Of a DNA stretch of 64,000 nucleotides, positions 30,750-41,637 are shown one piece after another. The translations under genes and the position numbers were made by a program. The notes below the pieces were generated by a model. That model made no database searches and was not told where the DNA came from. It saw only the letters and a list, made by a program, of their open reading frames with translations. Source of the stretch: Candidatus Kapaibacterium sp. (GTDB taxonomy: Bacteria > Bacteroidota > Ignavibacteria > Kapaibacteriales > UBA2268); assembly GCA_963664875.1 (NCBI GenBank), contig OY761611.1, forward strand, positions 544,001 to 608,000, read 5' to 3'. Within the stretch, counting starts at the first letter, position 1, and each line of letters starts with the position of its first letter.

Positions 30750-31817
30750 TTATGCTGCAAAATACATATTATAAAGTACGACACCAAGTGCTGTTAGAAG
30801 CACATTTAGTAAAGACAAAGGCAAGAGTACTTTCCAACCTAGAGTCATAAGCTGATCGTATCTAAACCTTGGAATAGACCATCGCACCCAAATAAAGAAT
30901 ACAATCCAAAACATCACTTTAGCAATAAATACTCCCATTTGAACCAGTGCCAATAAAATTGAACCCTGCTCTAAGCCGAAAGTTTCAGGTGCAAAAGGCA
31001 ACTGCCATCCACCGAAATAAAGTAAAGTAATAAAAGCAGCCGACATAGCCATATTAGCATATTCGGCAAGGAAGAACATACCAAATTTCATACCTGAATA
31101 TTCGGTATTGAAACCACCAACCAATTCAGGTTCAGCCTCTGGTAAATCAAATGGAGCTCTGTTTGTCTCAGCAAATGCTGAAACTAAGAATATAATAAAA
31201 CCAAGTGGTTGAAGAAATACATTCCATCGCCAGCCACCCCATGCTCCCTGGTCTTCGACTATTCCATTCAATGATAAAGTACCTGAAATAAGGACAACTG
31301 CTACAACACTCATGCCCATTGAAAGTTCATAAGATATCATTTGGGCTGATGAGCGTAAACCACCAAGCAAAGAATATTTGTTATTAGAGGACCAGCCTGC
31401 TAATGTTATGCCATATACAGCAACAGAAGTCATTGCTAAAATAAACAATACGCCAATATTTGCATCAGGTGCTATACCAAAATGATATGTTTTGCCGGCT
31501 ATCACAACATCTCCGGCAAATGGAACAACAGCCCATACAGCCAAAGCTATACCCAGTGACAAAAAAGGAGCCAACCTATGGAAAAATCCATCTACTGCAG
31601 TAGGCACTAAGTCTTCTTTCCAAAATAGCTTTACAACATCAGCTATAGGCTGAAGCATACCCCATGGTCCGACTCTATTTGGACCTATACGATCTTGCAC
31701 AACTGCTGATATTTTCCTCTCCAAGTACACAGAAACGGCTGCTGATGTTTGGACTAATCCAACTATTACAGCTCCCTTTATCAGTACTTCTAAAATCAAG
31801 ATTATAGTTTCAGTCAT
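30750..31817 (-). CDS. nuoH: NADH-quinone oxidoreductase subunit H
   Basis: ERKI..QDRIGPNRVGP, LGGLRSSAQMISYE, AETNRAPFDLPEAE, PRFRYDQL. Confidence 0.97.
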   Translation of the reverse strand: MTETIILILEVLIKGAVIVGLVQTSAAVSVYLERKISAVVQDRIGPNRVGPWGMLQPIADVVKLFWKEDLVPTAVDGFFHRLAPFLSLGIALAVWAVVPFAGDVVIAGKTYHFGIAPDANIGVLFILAMTSVAVYGITLAGWSSNNKYSLLGGLRSSAQMISYELSMGMSVVAVVLISGTLSLNGIVEDQGAWGGWRWNVFLQPLGFIIFLVSAFAETNRAPFDLPEAEPELVGGFNTEYSGMKFGMFFLAEYANMAMSAAFITLLYFGGWQLPFAPETFGLEQGSILLALVQMGVFIAKVMFWIVFFIWVRWSIPRFRYDQLMTLGWKVLLPLSLLNVLLTALGVVLYNMYFAA

Positions 31818-31842
31818 AACATATTACTTTATTTTTTACAAT

Positions 31843-33579
31843 CTAATTTGGTTTCATAACATGTGAGTGGTAATTATGTACCACTTTATCAGGTCTATCA
31901 GCATTGCCAAGGACAAGTCCCTGATGCAAATCTAATTTTTCATAGCTCATATTTTTAAAAGGAGTAACAGAATTTGCTATTTCTTCAAATACATCTTCAG
32001 AGGTTTTATACTGCCAATTTGCATTATCTAAATTTGCTATCGCTTGAAGTACTCTCCAAGTTTGTTTGCAGTTTCTCTGCTCATGTTTTGTCCATCTGTC
32101 ATTATGAGCTCCCATTTTGTCTAATCGGCTCATTTTCATACCCATTCTGCCAATATTTTCTTTTGTAACCAAAGCGGGTTCGAAATGCTGCACCCTGTTT
32201 TTTACATTAGTAAATGTCCCTTCTATCTCAGCATAAGTAGCAGCAGGAAGAACTATATTTGCTCTTTCGGTAAGCTTACTGTGATTGTAAGCAGCAACTA
32301 CAAGCGTATCTACTTTGTCTAATGATTCAAATAGATGCGTATTATGTTGCAAATCTTCCTCTATTAAGAAGAGGCACTTTATTTTACCGGATTTAAGCAA
32401 CTCAGAAACTTTATCTGATGCTTCTATTCCAAAGGTTTTTAATCCGGTTGTATTAGGCACTCTTTCTTTTGTATTGAGCATATCATCTTGCATCGCCTGC
32501 TCTATGTGATTTAGAGCATAAAGATGTTTGATACTATATTTCTGAGCAAACTTCTTTAAGATAAAGGTATCTTCGTTTGTAGTTCTGCCTGAAGTAAGAA
32601 TCATAATCTCATCGTTTTTATGATCTTTCAATGCCTTTGAAACAGCTTTGAAAGCATCTCGCCATTCAACTATCTTAGAAGAAATCATTGGCTCAACCAC
32701 GCGGTTTTCGTTTATCCATTTATAGTCTAAACGAGCTGCATCAGACATCCAGTATTTATTAACAAACATATTCGTTCTTGGTTCTAAACGCAGGATTTCA
32801 TTATTTCTGACACCTATTTTTATATTTGTTCCTGATCCATCTGTACCACAAATCGAATCGTTGAAGCTCATATCCCAAACTCTTGCTTTAAATCTAAAGT
32901 CAGGACTTGTAAGTGCTCCAACAGGACAAATATCAATTACGTTCATAGAATACGGATTATCTAATTGAGTATCTTCAAAAAGTTCGATAGTAACATGATC
33001 ACCACGTTGCACGAAAGTCAGAACATCTTGTTTGCCAACTTCCTTAGAAAATCGAATACATCTTGAGCAAGATATGCAACGTTCGGCATCGAACATTACA
33101 TTAGGTCCCCACTTTTGACGTTTATCTTTATGATTTTTAGTTTCTTCAAATCTCGATGTGCCTTTGGAGTGATCAAAAGCATATTCTTGCAGTTTACATT
33201 GACCTGCTTCATCGCAAATTGGGCAGTCAAGAGGGTGATTGATAAGTAAAAACTCCATTACAGCTTCTTGAGCTTCGACAACTTTAGTTTGCTGTCGCCT
33301 TACTCTCATTCCATCTGAGACTTTAGTTGCACAGGCAATTTGGAGTTTGGGAAAATAATTAACGACATCGTCTCCGGTTTGATCTTTTTCATAATTTCCG
33401 TCAGGTAGTCTTTTGGGTAGCCCCACTTCAACTAAGCACATTCTGCAATTACCGGATACAGATAACTCAGGATGCCAGCAAAAATGAGGAATCTCAAGAC
33501 CGTTTTCATAAGCTGCTTCGATTATTGTTTGTCCGTCGCGAGCTTCAATTTTTTGACCATCAATAAATATATGAGGCAT
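31843..33579 (-). CDS. nuoG: NADH-quinone oxidoreductase subunit G (short form)
   Basis: IPHFCWH..GNCRMCLV..AC (N1b), HPLDCPICDEAGQC (N5), CISCSRC..DICPVGAL (N4). Confidence 0.93.
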   Translation of the reverse strand: MPHIFIDGQKIEARDGQTIIEAAYENGLEIPHFCWHPELSVSGNCRMCLVEVGLPKRLPDGNYEKDQTGDDVVNYFPKLQIACATKVSDGMRVRRQQTKVVEAQEAVMEFLLINHPLDCPICDEAGQCKLQEYAFDHSKGTSRFEETKNHKDKRQKWGPNVMFDAERCISCSRCIRFSKEVGKQDVLTFVQRGDHVTIELFEDTQLDNPYSMNVIDICPVGALTSPDFRFKARVWDMSFNDSICGTDGSGTNIKIGVRNNEILRLEPRTNMFVNKYWMSDAARLDYKWINENRVVEPMISSKIVEWRDAFKAVSKALKDHKNDEIMILTSGRTTNEDTFILKKFAQKYSIKHLYALNHIEQAMQDDMLNTKERVPNTTGLKTFGIEASDKVSELLKSGKIKCLFLIEEDLQHNTHLFESLDKVDTLVVAAYNHSKLTERANIVLPAATYAEIEGTFTNVKNRVQHFEPALVTKENIGRMGMKMSRLDKMGAHNDRWTKHEQRNCKQTWRVLQAIANLDNANWQYKTSEDVFEEIANSVTPFKNMSYEKLDLHQGLVLGNADRPDKVVHNYHSHVMKPN

Positions 33580-33694
33580 TAAAATGCTCCTGTCATATTC
33601 CTATACAAAGCTGATTATCAGATATGATTAAACGTTTGAATATGCAGATTCATTGTATAAAAAAGTGCTGAAACAGTAAAAAAGGTATGCTTTT

Positions 33695-34453
33695 CTAATC
33701 TTTGGGTTTGTAAATATCGGGTTCTATCAAAGCTTCTGCAATTCTCCATATTTTTTGGCACGGAAAATTGTTTAAATACAAAGAATCACCTAAAACAATT
33801 GAATCAATACCAAATTTAGCATTATTGTTTAAAGTTTCTAAGTCTTTATAATTTTTACAAGCTTCAATTAACGTAAATCTTAGTTTATAAAGCGAGTGCA
33901 TTTCTCTAAACATTTCAAAATCAGGTGTATTTGTTTCCCAATTTTTATCCAAAATAACTATCCTATTGCCACCTAAAGAATGTACCTTTTCGCAATAAGA
34001 AGAAAAGTTTATCAAGCCCGAAGAAATAAAATTATTATTATTCATTACTCCACCAAAAGCAATGCGAGAAGCAGAGTAATCTCTAATTAGTTGTTTTATT
34101 CCTTCACTATCGGAGTTGATAAGCTCACCAATCACTATTCGATAAATTCCGCTTTCTAAATACATGCGACATTCGTCTATATCTTTAAATTTAGAATATA
34201 GCTGGACTGGAATATCTATAGAATTTGCAAGGAACAAGATCGAATTGGCTGTTTCTATATTAGATTCTTTTTCCACAGAGTCTAAATCAGTTATATGAAT
34301 TGTTTTGGAATTTTCACGACGCCACAATTCTAATAATTTTAGTGGATTGTGCGAGTATTCATTATACATTGCATCTGTCTCTTTGTCTCCTTTGATACAA
34401 AAGGAACACTCACCATTTCGCATTTTTATATATGGGAAAACTAAAATCATCAA
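33695..34453 (-). CDS. HisA/HisF-family TIM-barrel protein, degenerate
   Basis: P.I..RNGEC, IHITDLD, IDIPVQL, GIYRIVIG fit the HisA fold; catalytic Asp and GG phosphate loops are missing. Confidence 0.7.
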   Translation of the reverse strand: MMILVFPYIKMRNGECSFCIKGDKETDAMYNEYSHNPLKLLELWRRENSKTIHITDLDSVEKESNIETANSILFLANSIDIPVQLYSKFKDIDECRMYLESGIYRIVIGELINSDSEGIKQLIRDYSASRIAFGGVMNNNNFISSGLINFSSYCEKVHSLGGNRIVILDKNWETNTPDFEMFREMHSLYKLRFTLIEACKNYKDLETLNNNAKFGIDSIVLGDSLYLNNFPCQKIWRIAEALIEPDIYKPKD

Positions 34454-34454
34454 T

Positions 34455-35054
34455 CTAACTCATTGCATATTTAAGAGCATTTCGTATAAGTAACTCAGCA
34501 GAAAAATCTATACCTTCGATATCTTTTAGCACTCGATTCACACATTTTTCTGCAGTATTTTTATTGTATCCTAAAGCCATCAATGCTGATATTGCTTCAT
34601 TTGCTAAGGAGCTGTTATTAGTTGCTGTAGGCTTATGATCTGATAATTCAATATCTTTGATTCTGTCTTTAAGCTCCACCAAAACCCTTTCAGCAGTTTT
34701 CTTACCTATTCCGGGTAGCTTAGTCAAAGCTAAAATATCAGCTGAAGCAATAAAACGAACCAAGTCATCAAAAGTAACTGCAGATAAAATACCCAATGCT
34801 ATCTTTGGCCCTATACCGGAAATAGATATTAGTAGCCTGAACATATCTCTTTCTGTTGCTGAAAAAAATCCATACAAGTTATGAGAATCTTCACGTGGTA
34901 TAAAATGCGAGAGGATTTTTACTTCTTCGTTTACTGCCGGTAGCTGTTCTATAGTTTTCAACGAAACAAACATCAAATAACCAACTCCATTGCACTCAAC
35001 TACAATTTCTGTGTGTTTTACCTCGGTCAATATACCTCTAAGATGATTTATCAT
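34455..35054 (-). CDS. ruvA: Holliday junction branch migration protein RuvA
   Basis: GVGY, REDSHNLYGF, ISGIGPKIAL, LPGIGKKTAER, EAISALMALGY. Confidence 0.97.
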   Translation of the reverse strand: MINHLRGILTEVKHTEIVVECNGVGYLMFVSLKTIEQLPAVNEEVKILSHFIPREDSHNLYGFFSATERDMFRLLISISGIGPKIALGILSAVTFDDLVRFIASADILALTKLPGIGKKTAERVLVELKDRIKDIELSDHKPTATNNSSLANEAISALMALGYNKNTAEKCVNRVLKDIEGIDFSAELLIRNALKYAMS

Positions 35055-35092
35055 TGCTTCTCTTTGTTTGAGTGGATTATTGACTAATATAC

Positions 35093-35133
35093 AAAAAAAA
35101 GTCCTATCTCAACACCATTAAGATAGGACTTTT
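35093..35133 (-). terminator. Intrinsic terminator after the T9SS beta-propeller cluster
   Basis: aaaagtcctatct...agataggactttt with an A8 run on + (T-tail on -). Confidence 0.85.
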
Positions 35134-35153
35134 GACTATTTCGTGATTCAGTA

Positions 35154-38100
35154 TTATTGTATAATCAACTTCATCATACTTTGAGTTTCGCCAATTGTAA
35201 GATTTAAGAAGTACATTCCTTTAGATTTATTTCTCAAATCAATTTCAATCATTTGACCCTGTGAAGCAAAATCATAAGACTGCTTATCAACTAACTCACC
35301 TAATGTATTGACAACATTGACAACAACAGCATTTTCAATGTTTTTATTGAATGATATAGAGAATAATCCGTTAGACGGATTTTCGGATATGGACAATACA
35401 CCTTGTTCGATTAGTTCATCGATAGACAAATCATTTACCGGAAAATCTTCAGATTTTGCAGAACAACCATTATCATTTACAATTTGAACAGAATAATCAC
35501 CATCACCTGAAATAAATAGTTTCTGTTCGTTTTGGCCACTGATTATTTTGCCATTTTTATACCATTTGTATGATGCAGCTTCAGATGAAATCAATGTATC
35601 AGTTGTAAATCTACTTATCATTGGTACTTCAGCTAAATCATATTTCTCTACTACAACAGTATCTGAATAAGCAGTACAACCATTTGAAGTTTCTGCTGAA
35701 AGATAGTATATGCCCGGCTCAGAAATTTCAATTCTTCTGTCAGTCGCACCATTAGACCACTGGTAAGTTTCAAAATCATAAGGAGCTCTAAATACTACAC
35801 TTGCATCCTCTCCACATAATGGTAAGTTACCTGATACAGATATTGTCAAAGCAGGAACTTGTTTAAAAGTTACTTTTTTAGGTTCAGACTTGTCGCTACA
35901 TCCCCAATCTTTAGGTATAGCAACAGAATAATAGCCCGTTTCAGTAACTTTTATACTTTTACTAGTTTCACCGTTAGACCAAAGGTATTTATCTGAGTTA
36001 CCTTCTGCTGTAAGAGTAACTACTTCTCCATCACATAGTTCATCAGGCGAATCTGATGAAATATTTATTTTTGTAGGATTGCAGGTAAGCAAATCAGTTT
36101 CCCAAATTCCTCGTCCATAAGTACAAGCACGAAGTTTGTTGGTATTTCCCATTATTTCGAGCTCGTTTATTATCATATTTGGCATCTCAGCACCGAGCAA
36201 CTCCCAGTAGTTAGAGCCATTATCAGTAACAAAAACACCAAGATCAGTACCGATATATAATCTATCTGGAGAGTTTTTCTGATAAACAATAGTCAACACA
36301 GGTACATTTGGTAAATTACCAGTCAAATCAGTAATATCATCACCTTCTAAAAGCAAAACTTTATTTGTTTCGTTGTAGCCTGAAACAGTAGCCCAAACTC
36401 TATCTGCATTATTCGGATCTACAGCTAAATATGTGATTTTGTTAGACCCACTGTAGATAGAAGCCCATGTCTGACCATAATCTGTCGTTTTATATATACT
36501 GGTCTGTTGTGCTACATATATCGTATTTGTGTCACTTTCTGCAACAGCAATCGCAGATATATATCTTCCATCATTAAAATCACCAAATTTTTTGAATGTT
36601 TTATAATCTCTAATATCACCTATATACAGGTCATAATATCCGACAAGCATTTGGTATGGATTTTTTGGATTCAAAATATATGGAGTCTGCCATCCATTTT
36701 CACCTGCATCGCCAACTCTTTTTGGAGTAAGAAAAATATTATAATTACTTGTAGGATTTGTGCTTCGTGAAATACGTCCTTCATAGATAGAGAAGAAGTA
36801 ATATTTTGTAGGTGTAGGAGTAATTATACCTTCAAAACCATCACCACCACCAATATATGACCATTTGTTACCTTGTTTGATAGAAGAGCCGTTATCTTGA
36901 GCACCAGCTATAGTATTACCGTTTTCTTGGTCGTTACCAAAAGCATGGAATTGCATTATGTCCATATCGTAGCACAAATCTTTCCATGTTGTACCTTTGT
37001 CTGTAGAGTAAAAGACTCCACCATCATTACAATCATATAGAATGCTACCGGATTTATTAAATACTAAATCATGGTGATCTGCATGTGAATAATTAGCAGC
37101 ATTGCCTGCATACCATAAAGTCTTTTTGTCCCATGAGTAAGTATTATTTGTGGTTCTCCATACTTCAATGCCGCCTACAAATATTCTCTGATAATCAGAT
37201 GGATCAATCGCCATTGCTAAATCGTATTCACCCTGTCCTACGTAAAAGTCATCCCCTGTACCTTCAGAACGTCCTAACAGATTTACACCTTTTGTAGCTG
37301 CATCGTACAGTGTAAAAAATTGAGCCCCATAAGAATCTGACATTTTAATATCTAAAAGAGCTGCAGTAGTACCATTTACAGAAATAGTCCAAAAAGCTTC
37401 AGGAAAAGCATCTTGGGTAACTACATCTATTCTTGATGCTCCTGATATTGTTTCTACTTTAGTCCATGTTTCGCCTAAATCAGTAGAGCGAAAAATTGAA
37501 GCTCCACCCTTTTTGATAAAAGTTGTAGCAACTAAAATATCTGGATTTTCAGGAGAATACGCTAAATCGAAAAATGGTCCCGGCTCTTTATAGCTCCATG
37601 AGTTACCACCATCAGTTGTTTTCATAATACCGGCACTTGTTGAAGCCACAACTACATTTTCATTGCGTGGATCCACTACAATTTTGCCCATTATACCTCT
37701 ATCACCGATAGAATCTGCAAGAGCTGTTATCTGCCAGTTATTTCCACCATCAGTTGTTTTTAAGATACCCACTGAATAGCAACTTCTGTTAACATTTGGA
37801 TAAGTTGCATGTGCATCACCTGTAGAAACATAAACTACATTTGGATTTGACTTTGCAATCTGAATGTCAGTAACACCCATAGAAAGATAATTTGTATAAT
37901 CAAAAGTTACCCATGATTTACCACCATCGTTTGATTTCCAAACACCACCGGTAGCTGCACCAATCCATATTTCTTGTTCGTTATTTGGGTTAAGTCTCAG
38001 ACAGTTTACTCTGCCTATACCTCTGCCTCTGGCATTATTGTCATCAGGTGAGCCAATAGGACCTAATCTTTCCCATTTATTTGATAACAAATAGTCAGGA

Positions 38101-38393
38101 GTTTTGATTTTTTTTGCTTCTTTGAATATATCCATTAGCATTTTTGCACTTGGAAACTCTCCGGTCTCATCAATCCTTTGCTCCCAAAAATGCTGCCAAC
38201 GTCTGAATTGCTTCCAGCCTTTTCTTTGATCAGCCGGTAGCCTGTTATAGTACATATTCATTTCTTCTACATATTCATAGAAGTTCTGATTATTGTCGGT
38301 GTCCAATGATTTCGAAGGGACATAATTATTTTGAGCTATCAACGTAGTAGCACAAAGAAAAAATGCGAGGGCAAGTAACTTTTTGATTTTCAT
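35154..38393 (-). CDS. T9SS-secreted VPS10/BNR (Asp-box) beta-propeller protein, paralog 1
   Basis: Signal peptide, GAATGGVWKSNDGGKSW, repeated KTTDGG.W Asp boxes, HADHH, QDNG, GGDG, TYGRGIW, Ig-like WSNG repeats, CTD NPSNG..NTLGE..KGMYFL..KLIIQ. Confidence 0.88.
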   Translation of the reverse strand: MKIKKLLALAFFLCATTLIAQNNYVPSKSLDTDNNQNFYEYVEEMNMYYNRLPADQRKGWKQFRRWQHFWEQRIDETGEFPSAKMLMDIFKEAKKIKTPDYLLSNKWERLGPIGSPDDNNARGRGIGRVNCLRLNPNNEQEIWIGAATGGVWKSNDGGKSWVTFDYTNYLSMGVTDIQIAKSNPNVVYVSTGDAHATYPNVNRSCYSVGILKTTDGGNNWQITALADSIGDRGIMGKIVVDPRNENVVVASTSAGIMKTTDGGNSWSYKEPGPFFDLAYSPENPDILVATTFIKKGGASIFRSTDLGETWTKVETISGASRIDVVTQDAFPEAFWTISVNGTTAALLDIKMSDSYGAQFFTLYDAATKGVNLLGRSEGTGDDFYVGQGEYDLAMAIDPSDYQRIFVGGIEVWRTTNNTYSWDKKTLWYAGNAANYSHADHHDLVFNKSGSILYDCNDGGVFYSTDKGTTWKDLCYDMDIMQFHAFGNDQENGNTIAGAQDNGSSIKQGNKWSYIGGGDGFEGIITPTPTKYYFFSIYEGRISRSTNPTSNYNIFLTPKRVGDAGENGWQTPYILNPKNPYQMLVGYYDLYIGDIRDYKTFKKFGDFNDGRYISAIAVAESDTNTIYVAQQTSIYKTTDYGQTWASIYSGSNKITYLAVDPNNADRVWATVSGYNETNKVLLLEGDDITDLTGNLPNVPVLTIVYQKNSPDRLYIGTDLGVFVTDNGSNYWELLGAEMPNMIINELEIMGNTNKLRACTYGRGIWETDLLTCNPTKINISSDSPDELCDGEVVTLTAEGNSDKYLWSNGETSKSIKVTETGYYSVAIPKDWGCSDKSEPKKVTFKQVPALTISVSGNLPLCGEDASVVFRAPYDFETYQWSNGATDRRIEISEPGIYYLSAETSNGCTAYSDTVVVEKYDLAEVPMISRFTTDTLISSEAASYKWYKNGKIISGQNEQKLFISGDGDYSVQIVNDNGCSAKSEDFPVNDLSIDELIEQGVLSISENPSNGLFSISFNKNIENAVVVNVVNTLGELVDKQSYDFASQGQMIEIDLRNKSKGMYFLNLTIGETQSMMKLIIQ

Positions 38394-38532
38394 AACGTAC
38401 TATAAAATATAAACAAAACCTTTTTCGTGTGTTAGACACGCAAACTACAAAAAAAGTTACCTCTTTTCTAAGCACTTAATTTCTTTTAATATCATGGATT
38501 TAAAAGTTTAATATATGTTTACAGATACATTT

Positions 38533-41500
38533 TTACTTGCACTTTACCACCTTGATATTATACTGTTTCATTCCATTAGAAAACACGAAAAAATAAACTC
38601 CTTCACTATAATCAAAATTCAATTGCCTAAATATATAAGCTGAGCTACCTATATTTTCTATTTTAGATACTAGTTTGCCACTTAAATCAAAAACCTCTAA
38701 ACCGATTGTCTTCTGCTGCGAATTGAATATTTCTATGTTAATATTCTCTTTTATCTCCATAGGATACAGAACAATTTTTGTCTCATCATCTTGAATTTGA
38801 GCATATTCTATTCCAATATCTACTGTATCAGAAAAACTATAGCATCCATATTTATTGAATATTTTTGCATAATATTTTCCAATATTATCAATTCCCAAAA
38901 TATTAGAAGTTGCTTCTAATTTTGTCGAATCTCTATACCAAATATAGTCGTAACCTTTTTCTAACTCCAAAGTTCCACTTATTTCAGTGATTTCTTGTTT
39001 TGCTGGTTTAGGATAGACAATAGCTTCTAATGTATCGCTATAAGAATAGCAACCGTCTTTGCTTATTGCTTTCACATATAAATAGTCTGAATAATCTGTA
39101 TATCCGGCTCTCCCCTCAACTCCGTTGCTCCAAATATAAGCCAAAGAATCTGAATCAAAATTCTGAGCATAAGCTAAGTATTTCACATATTGTCCTTCGC
39201 ATACAGGATTGTTGCTCTGTAAAACAACAAAAACTTTCGGAGTTTCAAAGACCCAAGCATCAATATCCCTTGTTTTGTATTGTTTACCCGTACTATCTTC
39301 TACCATGCAATAATAATAACCTGTTTTTTTCACAGTTATCGTATCTGATATTGTTCCGTCGCTCCAAGCGAATTTTTTAAAAGTACCGGTACACACAAAT
39401 CTTACACTATCACCATCGCAAAAATCCCTTTCGCCTATTATGCTAATATTCGGTGATTTCGGATAGTATTTTTCAATGTCATACTGCCACAAGCCTCTCC
39501 CGTAAGTGCCTGCAAGTAATTTTCCGGTTGCTTTGCTATAGTCCATATCAAATATCATGACATTAGGGAGACTATTGCCGACTGTTTCCCACTTTTGAGT
39601 CTCTTCGTTTAAGGAAAGTATTCCTAAATCTGTCCCTATAAAGAGAGTATTATTGACTAATTCACCACAGTTACAGGAAATATTGGGGATATTATAGCTG
39701 ATATTCTCTAATACTCCATCTATATATTTCAAAACTTTTAAAGTATCTCTAAATCCTGAAAAGATAAAATAAGCTGATTTGTTATCGATTGGTACTATAT
39801 CTATGGCGTATTGAGTATCAATAAAAACAGAATCCCAACTTTTACCTTTATTTTTTGATATATAAATTCCGTTAAATGTAGAAACAAAAAAAGTGCTATC
39901 TACTAACTTCAAAGACATTGCAACTTTTGTAGGTATTCCAAAATCTGATATTTTCTCCCAGTCTATACCCATATTTGTACTTTTCCATACATTTTCAGCA
40001 GCTCCATAAATCACATTATCATCATATGTATCATATACTATGCAAGTCCTTCGAGGTCTCCACTCATAATTTCCAACCGGCTTTGCTTCCACATAATCGT
40101 ATGTGTTAATATAGTCTTCTGTATGATAAGATCTGCTACTCTGAATAGACAAAATCAAATTATTTGGGTCTTTATCTGAAAACACTGCCTCCATTCCGTC
40201 TGCACCAAACAATTGGTACCAATATCCATCTATATTTCGCATAAATCCATTATCTTGTGTACCAATAATCATATCATTACCGTAAAATTTATTGGTGCTT
40301 ATGTCATAGAGTTGAGTAATTTGCAAACCTGATGAACTGTTTATCCAAACTGAATCTGTGAGTTTTTTTCTCGAAATACCACCATCATTCGCCACAAATA
40401 TCTCATCTGAAACCGGATTATACTTTATATCATGATTATCGACGTGCATATTTTCTTGATTCATAATCCAATAAGTAGAGTCTCTATCATACTTCCACAT
40501 ATAAACTCCACCGGCATATTTGTTTGTGCTGTCTTGATCGGAAACATATAAGCACAGATTATAAAACCCTTGTCCATAAACAAAATCTAAAGAATCTATT
40601 GGTGTATAGATATTACTTATTTGTCCTGTTGGCATGTGAATTTTGTCTAAAGAGTGCATAGATTGATCTTGATTATTGGCAGCTAACATCCAGAGATAAT
40701 CAGGATGTGCCTTACTTGTAGATAATGCTATTCTAAGACACTGCCCATCATATTCTCGAAGTACATCCCAACTCAAACCATAGTCTCTTGATTCATATAC
40801 TCTTGCGCTTCCACCCCAATCAAAACTCGTCGCGTAGAATATTCCATTGTGTAAAGGATGCTGAATTAAATCCTTAAATAGAATACTATCAGTTACATAA
40901 GTCCAACTATTACCGTCTTCTGTTCTTAGCATTCCTTTATTTGTGGCAGCAAGCACTAATCTATCATTATGTCTGGAAACAGCTAATTTGTTTATAATAA
41001 GTTTATCTTGATGGAACACAGTATTCCCTTGTTCTGACCAAGTATTGCCACCATCGGTTGTTTTGAAAATGCCAACTGAATATCCAAAAGAAGTTGTCCA
41101 ACCGTGCCCGTCTCCCGTCGCTACGTAGATTATATTACTGTCCTGCATAGAAAAATCTATATCTGAAATACCGACCGACATTTTATCAAAAAATGGTACA
41201 ACATTCCAAGTCCTACCTGTATCTATAGATTTCCATAATCCTCCTGTTGCAGCTCCTGCAAAAGCAATTACCGGATTAGAAGGTAAAAAATCAATACAGG
41301 CAATTCGTCCTATTCCATACATATCCTTTTCTTCTATATCCTTGGTATAAGGACCAATGTATTGCCACTTTTTATTATAAACTTTTGATTTAGGAAGTAT
41401 GTCAAATAGATTTGAAGCATCTACGAAAGATAATCTATTTTCTTCCTTCGACATCTGTCTGGTATAGAAATAATGTTTCCATCTTTCTAATTGTTTATAA

Positions 41501-41637
41501 CCTGAATGTTTTCCCTTAAATTTGTTCTCACAAACTGATTCAAGTGTTTCGGTGTTCCGTTGCAATTCGTTTTGCGAGTACAAATTATGCGTTAGGGCAA
41601 ATAGAACCAATATTGCAATAATCAATTTTTTTATCAT
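38533..41637 (-). CDS. T9SS-secreted VPS10/BNR beta-propeller protein, paralog 2
   Basis: GAATGGLWKSIDTGRTW, HVDNH, QDNG, TYGRGLW, CTD FDLSGKLV..GVYFF..KVVK. Confidence 0.88.
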   Translation of the reverse strand: MIKKLIIAILVLFALTHNLYSQNELQRNTETLESVCENKFKGKHSGYKQLERWKHYFYTRQMSKEENRLSFVDASNLFDILPKSKVYNKKWQYIGPYTKDIEEKDMYGIGRIACIDFLPSNPVIAFAGAATGGLWKSIDTGRTWNVVPFFDKMSVGISDIDFSMQDSNIIYVATGDGHGWTTSFGYSVGIFKTTDGGNTWSEQGNTVFHQDKLIINKLAVSRHNDRLVLAATNKGMLRTEDGNSWTYVTDSILFKDLIQHPLHNGIFYATSFDWGGSARVYESRDYGLSWDVLREYDGQCLRIALSTSKAHPDYLWMLAANNQDQSMHSLDKIHMPTGQISNIYTPIDSLDFVYGQGFYNLCLYVSDQDSTNKYAGGVYMWKYDRDSTYWIMNQENMHVDNHDIKYNPVSDEIFVANDGGISRKKLTDSVWINSSSGLQITQLYDISTNKFYGNDMIIGTQDNGFMRNIDGYWYQLFGADGMEAVFSDKDPNNLILSIQSSRSYHTEDYINTYDYVEAKPVGNYEWRPRRTCIVYDTYDDNVIYGAAENVWKSTNMGIDWEKISDFGIPTKVAMSLKLVDSTFFVSTFNGIYISKNKGKSWDSVFIDTQYAIDIVPIDNKSAYFIFSGFRDTLKVLKYIDGVLENISYNIPNISCNCGELVNNTLFIGTDLGILSLNEETQKWETVGNSLPNVMIFDMDYSKATGKLLAGTYGRGLWQYDIEKYYPKSPNISIIGERDFCDGDSVRFVCTGTFKKFAWSDGTISDTITVKKTGYYYCMVEDSTGKQYKTRDIDAWVFETPKVFVVLQSNNPVCEGQYVKYLAYAQNFDSDSLAYIWSNGVEGRAGYTDYSDYLYVKAISKDGCYSYSDTLEAIVYPKPAKQEITEISGTLELEKGYDYIWYRDSTKLEATSNILGIDNIGKYYAKIFNKYGCYSFSDTVDIGIEYAQIQDDETKIVLYPMEIKENINIEIFNSQQKTIGLEVFDLSGKLVSKIENIGSSAYIFRQLNFDYSEGVYFFVFSNGMKQYNIKVVKCK

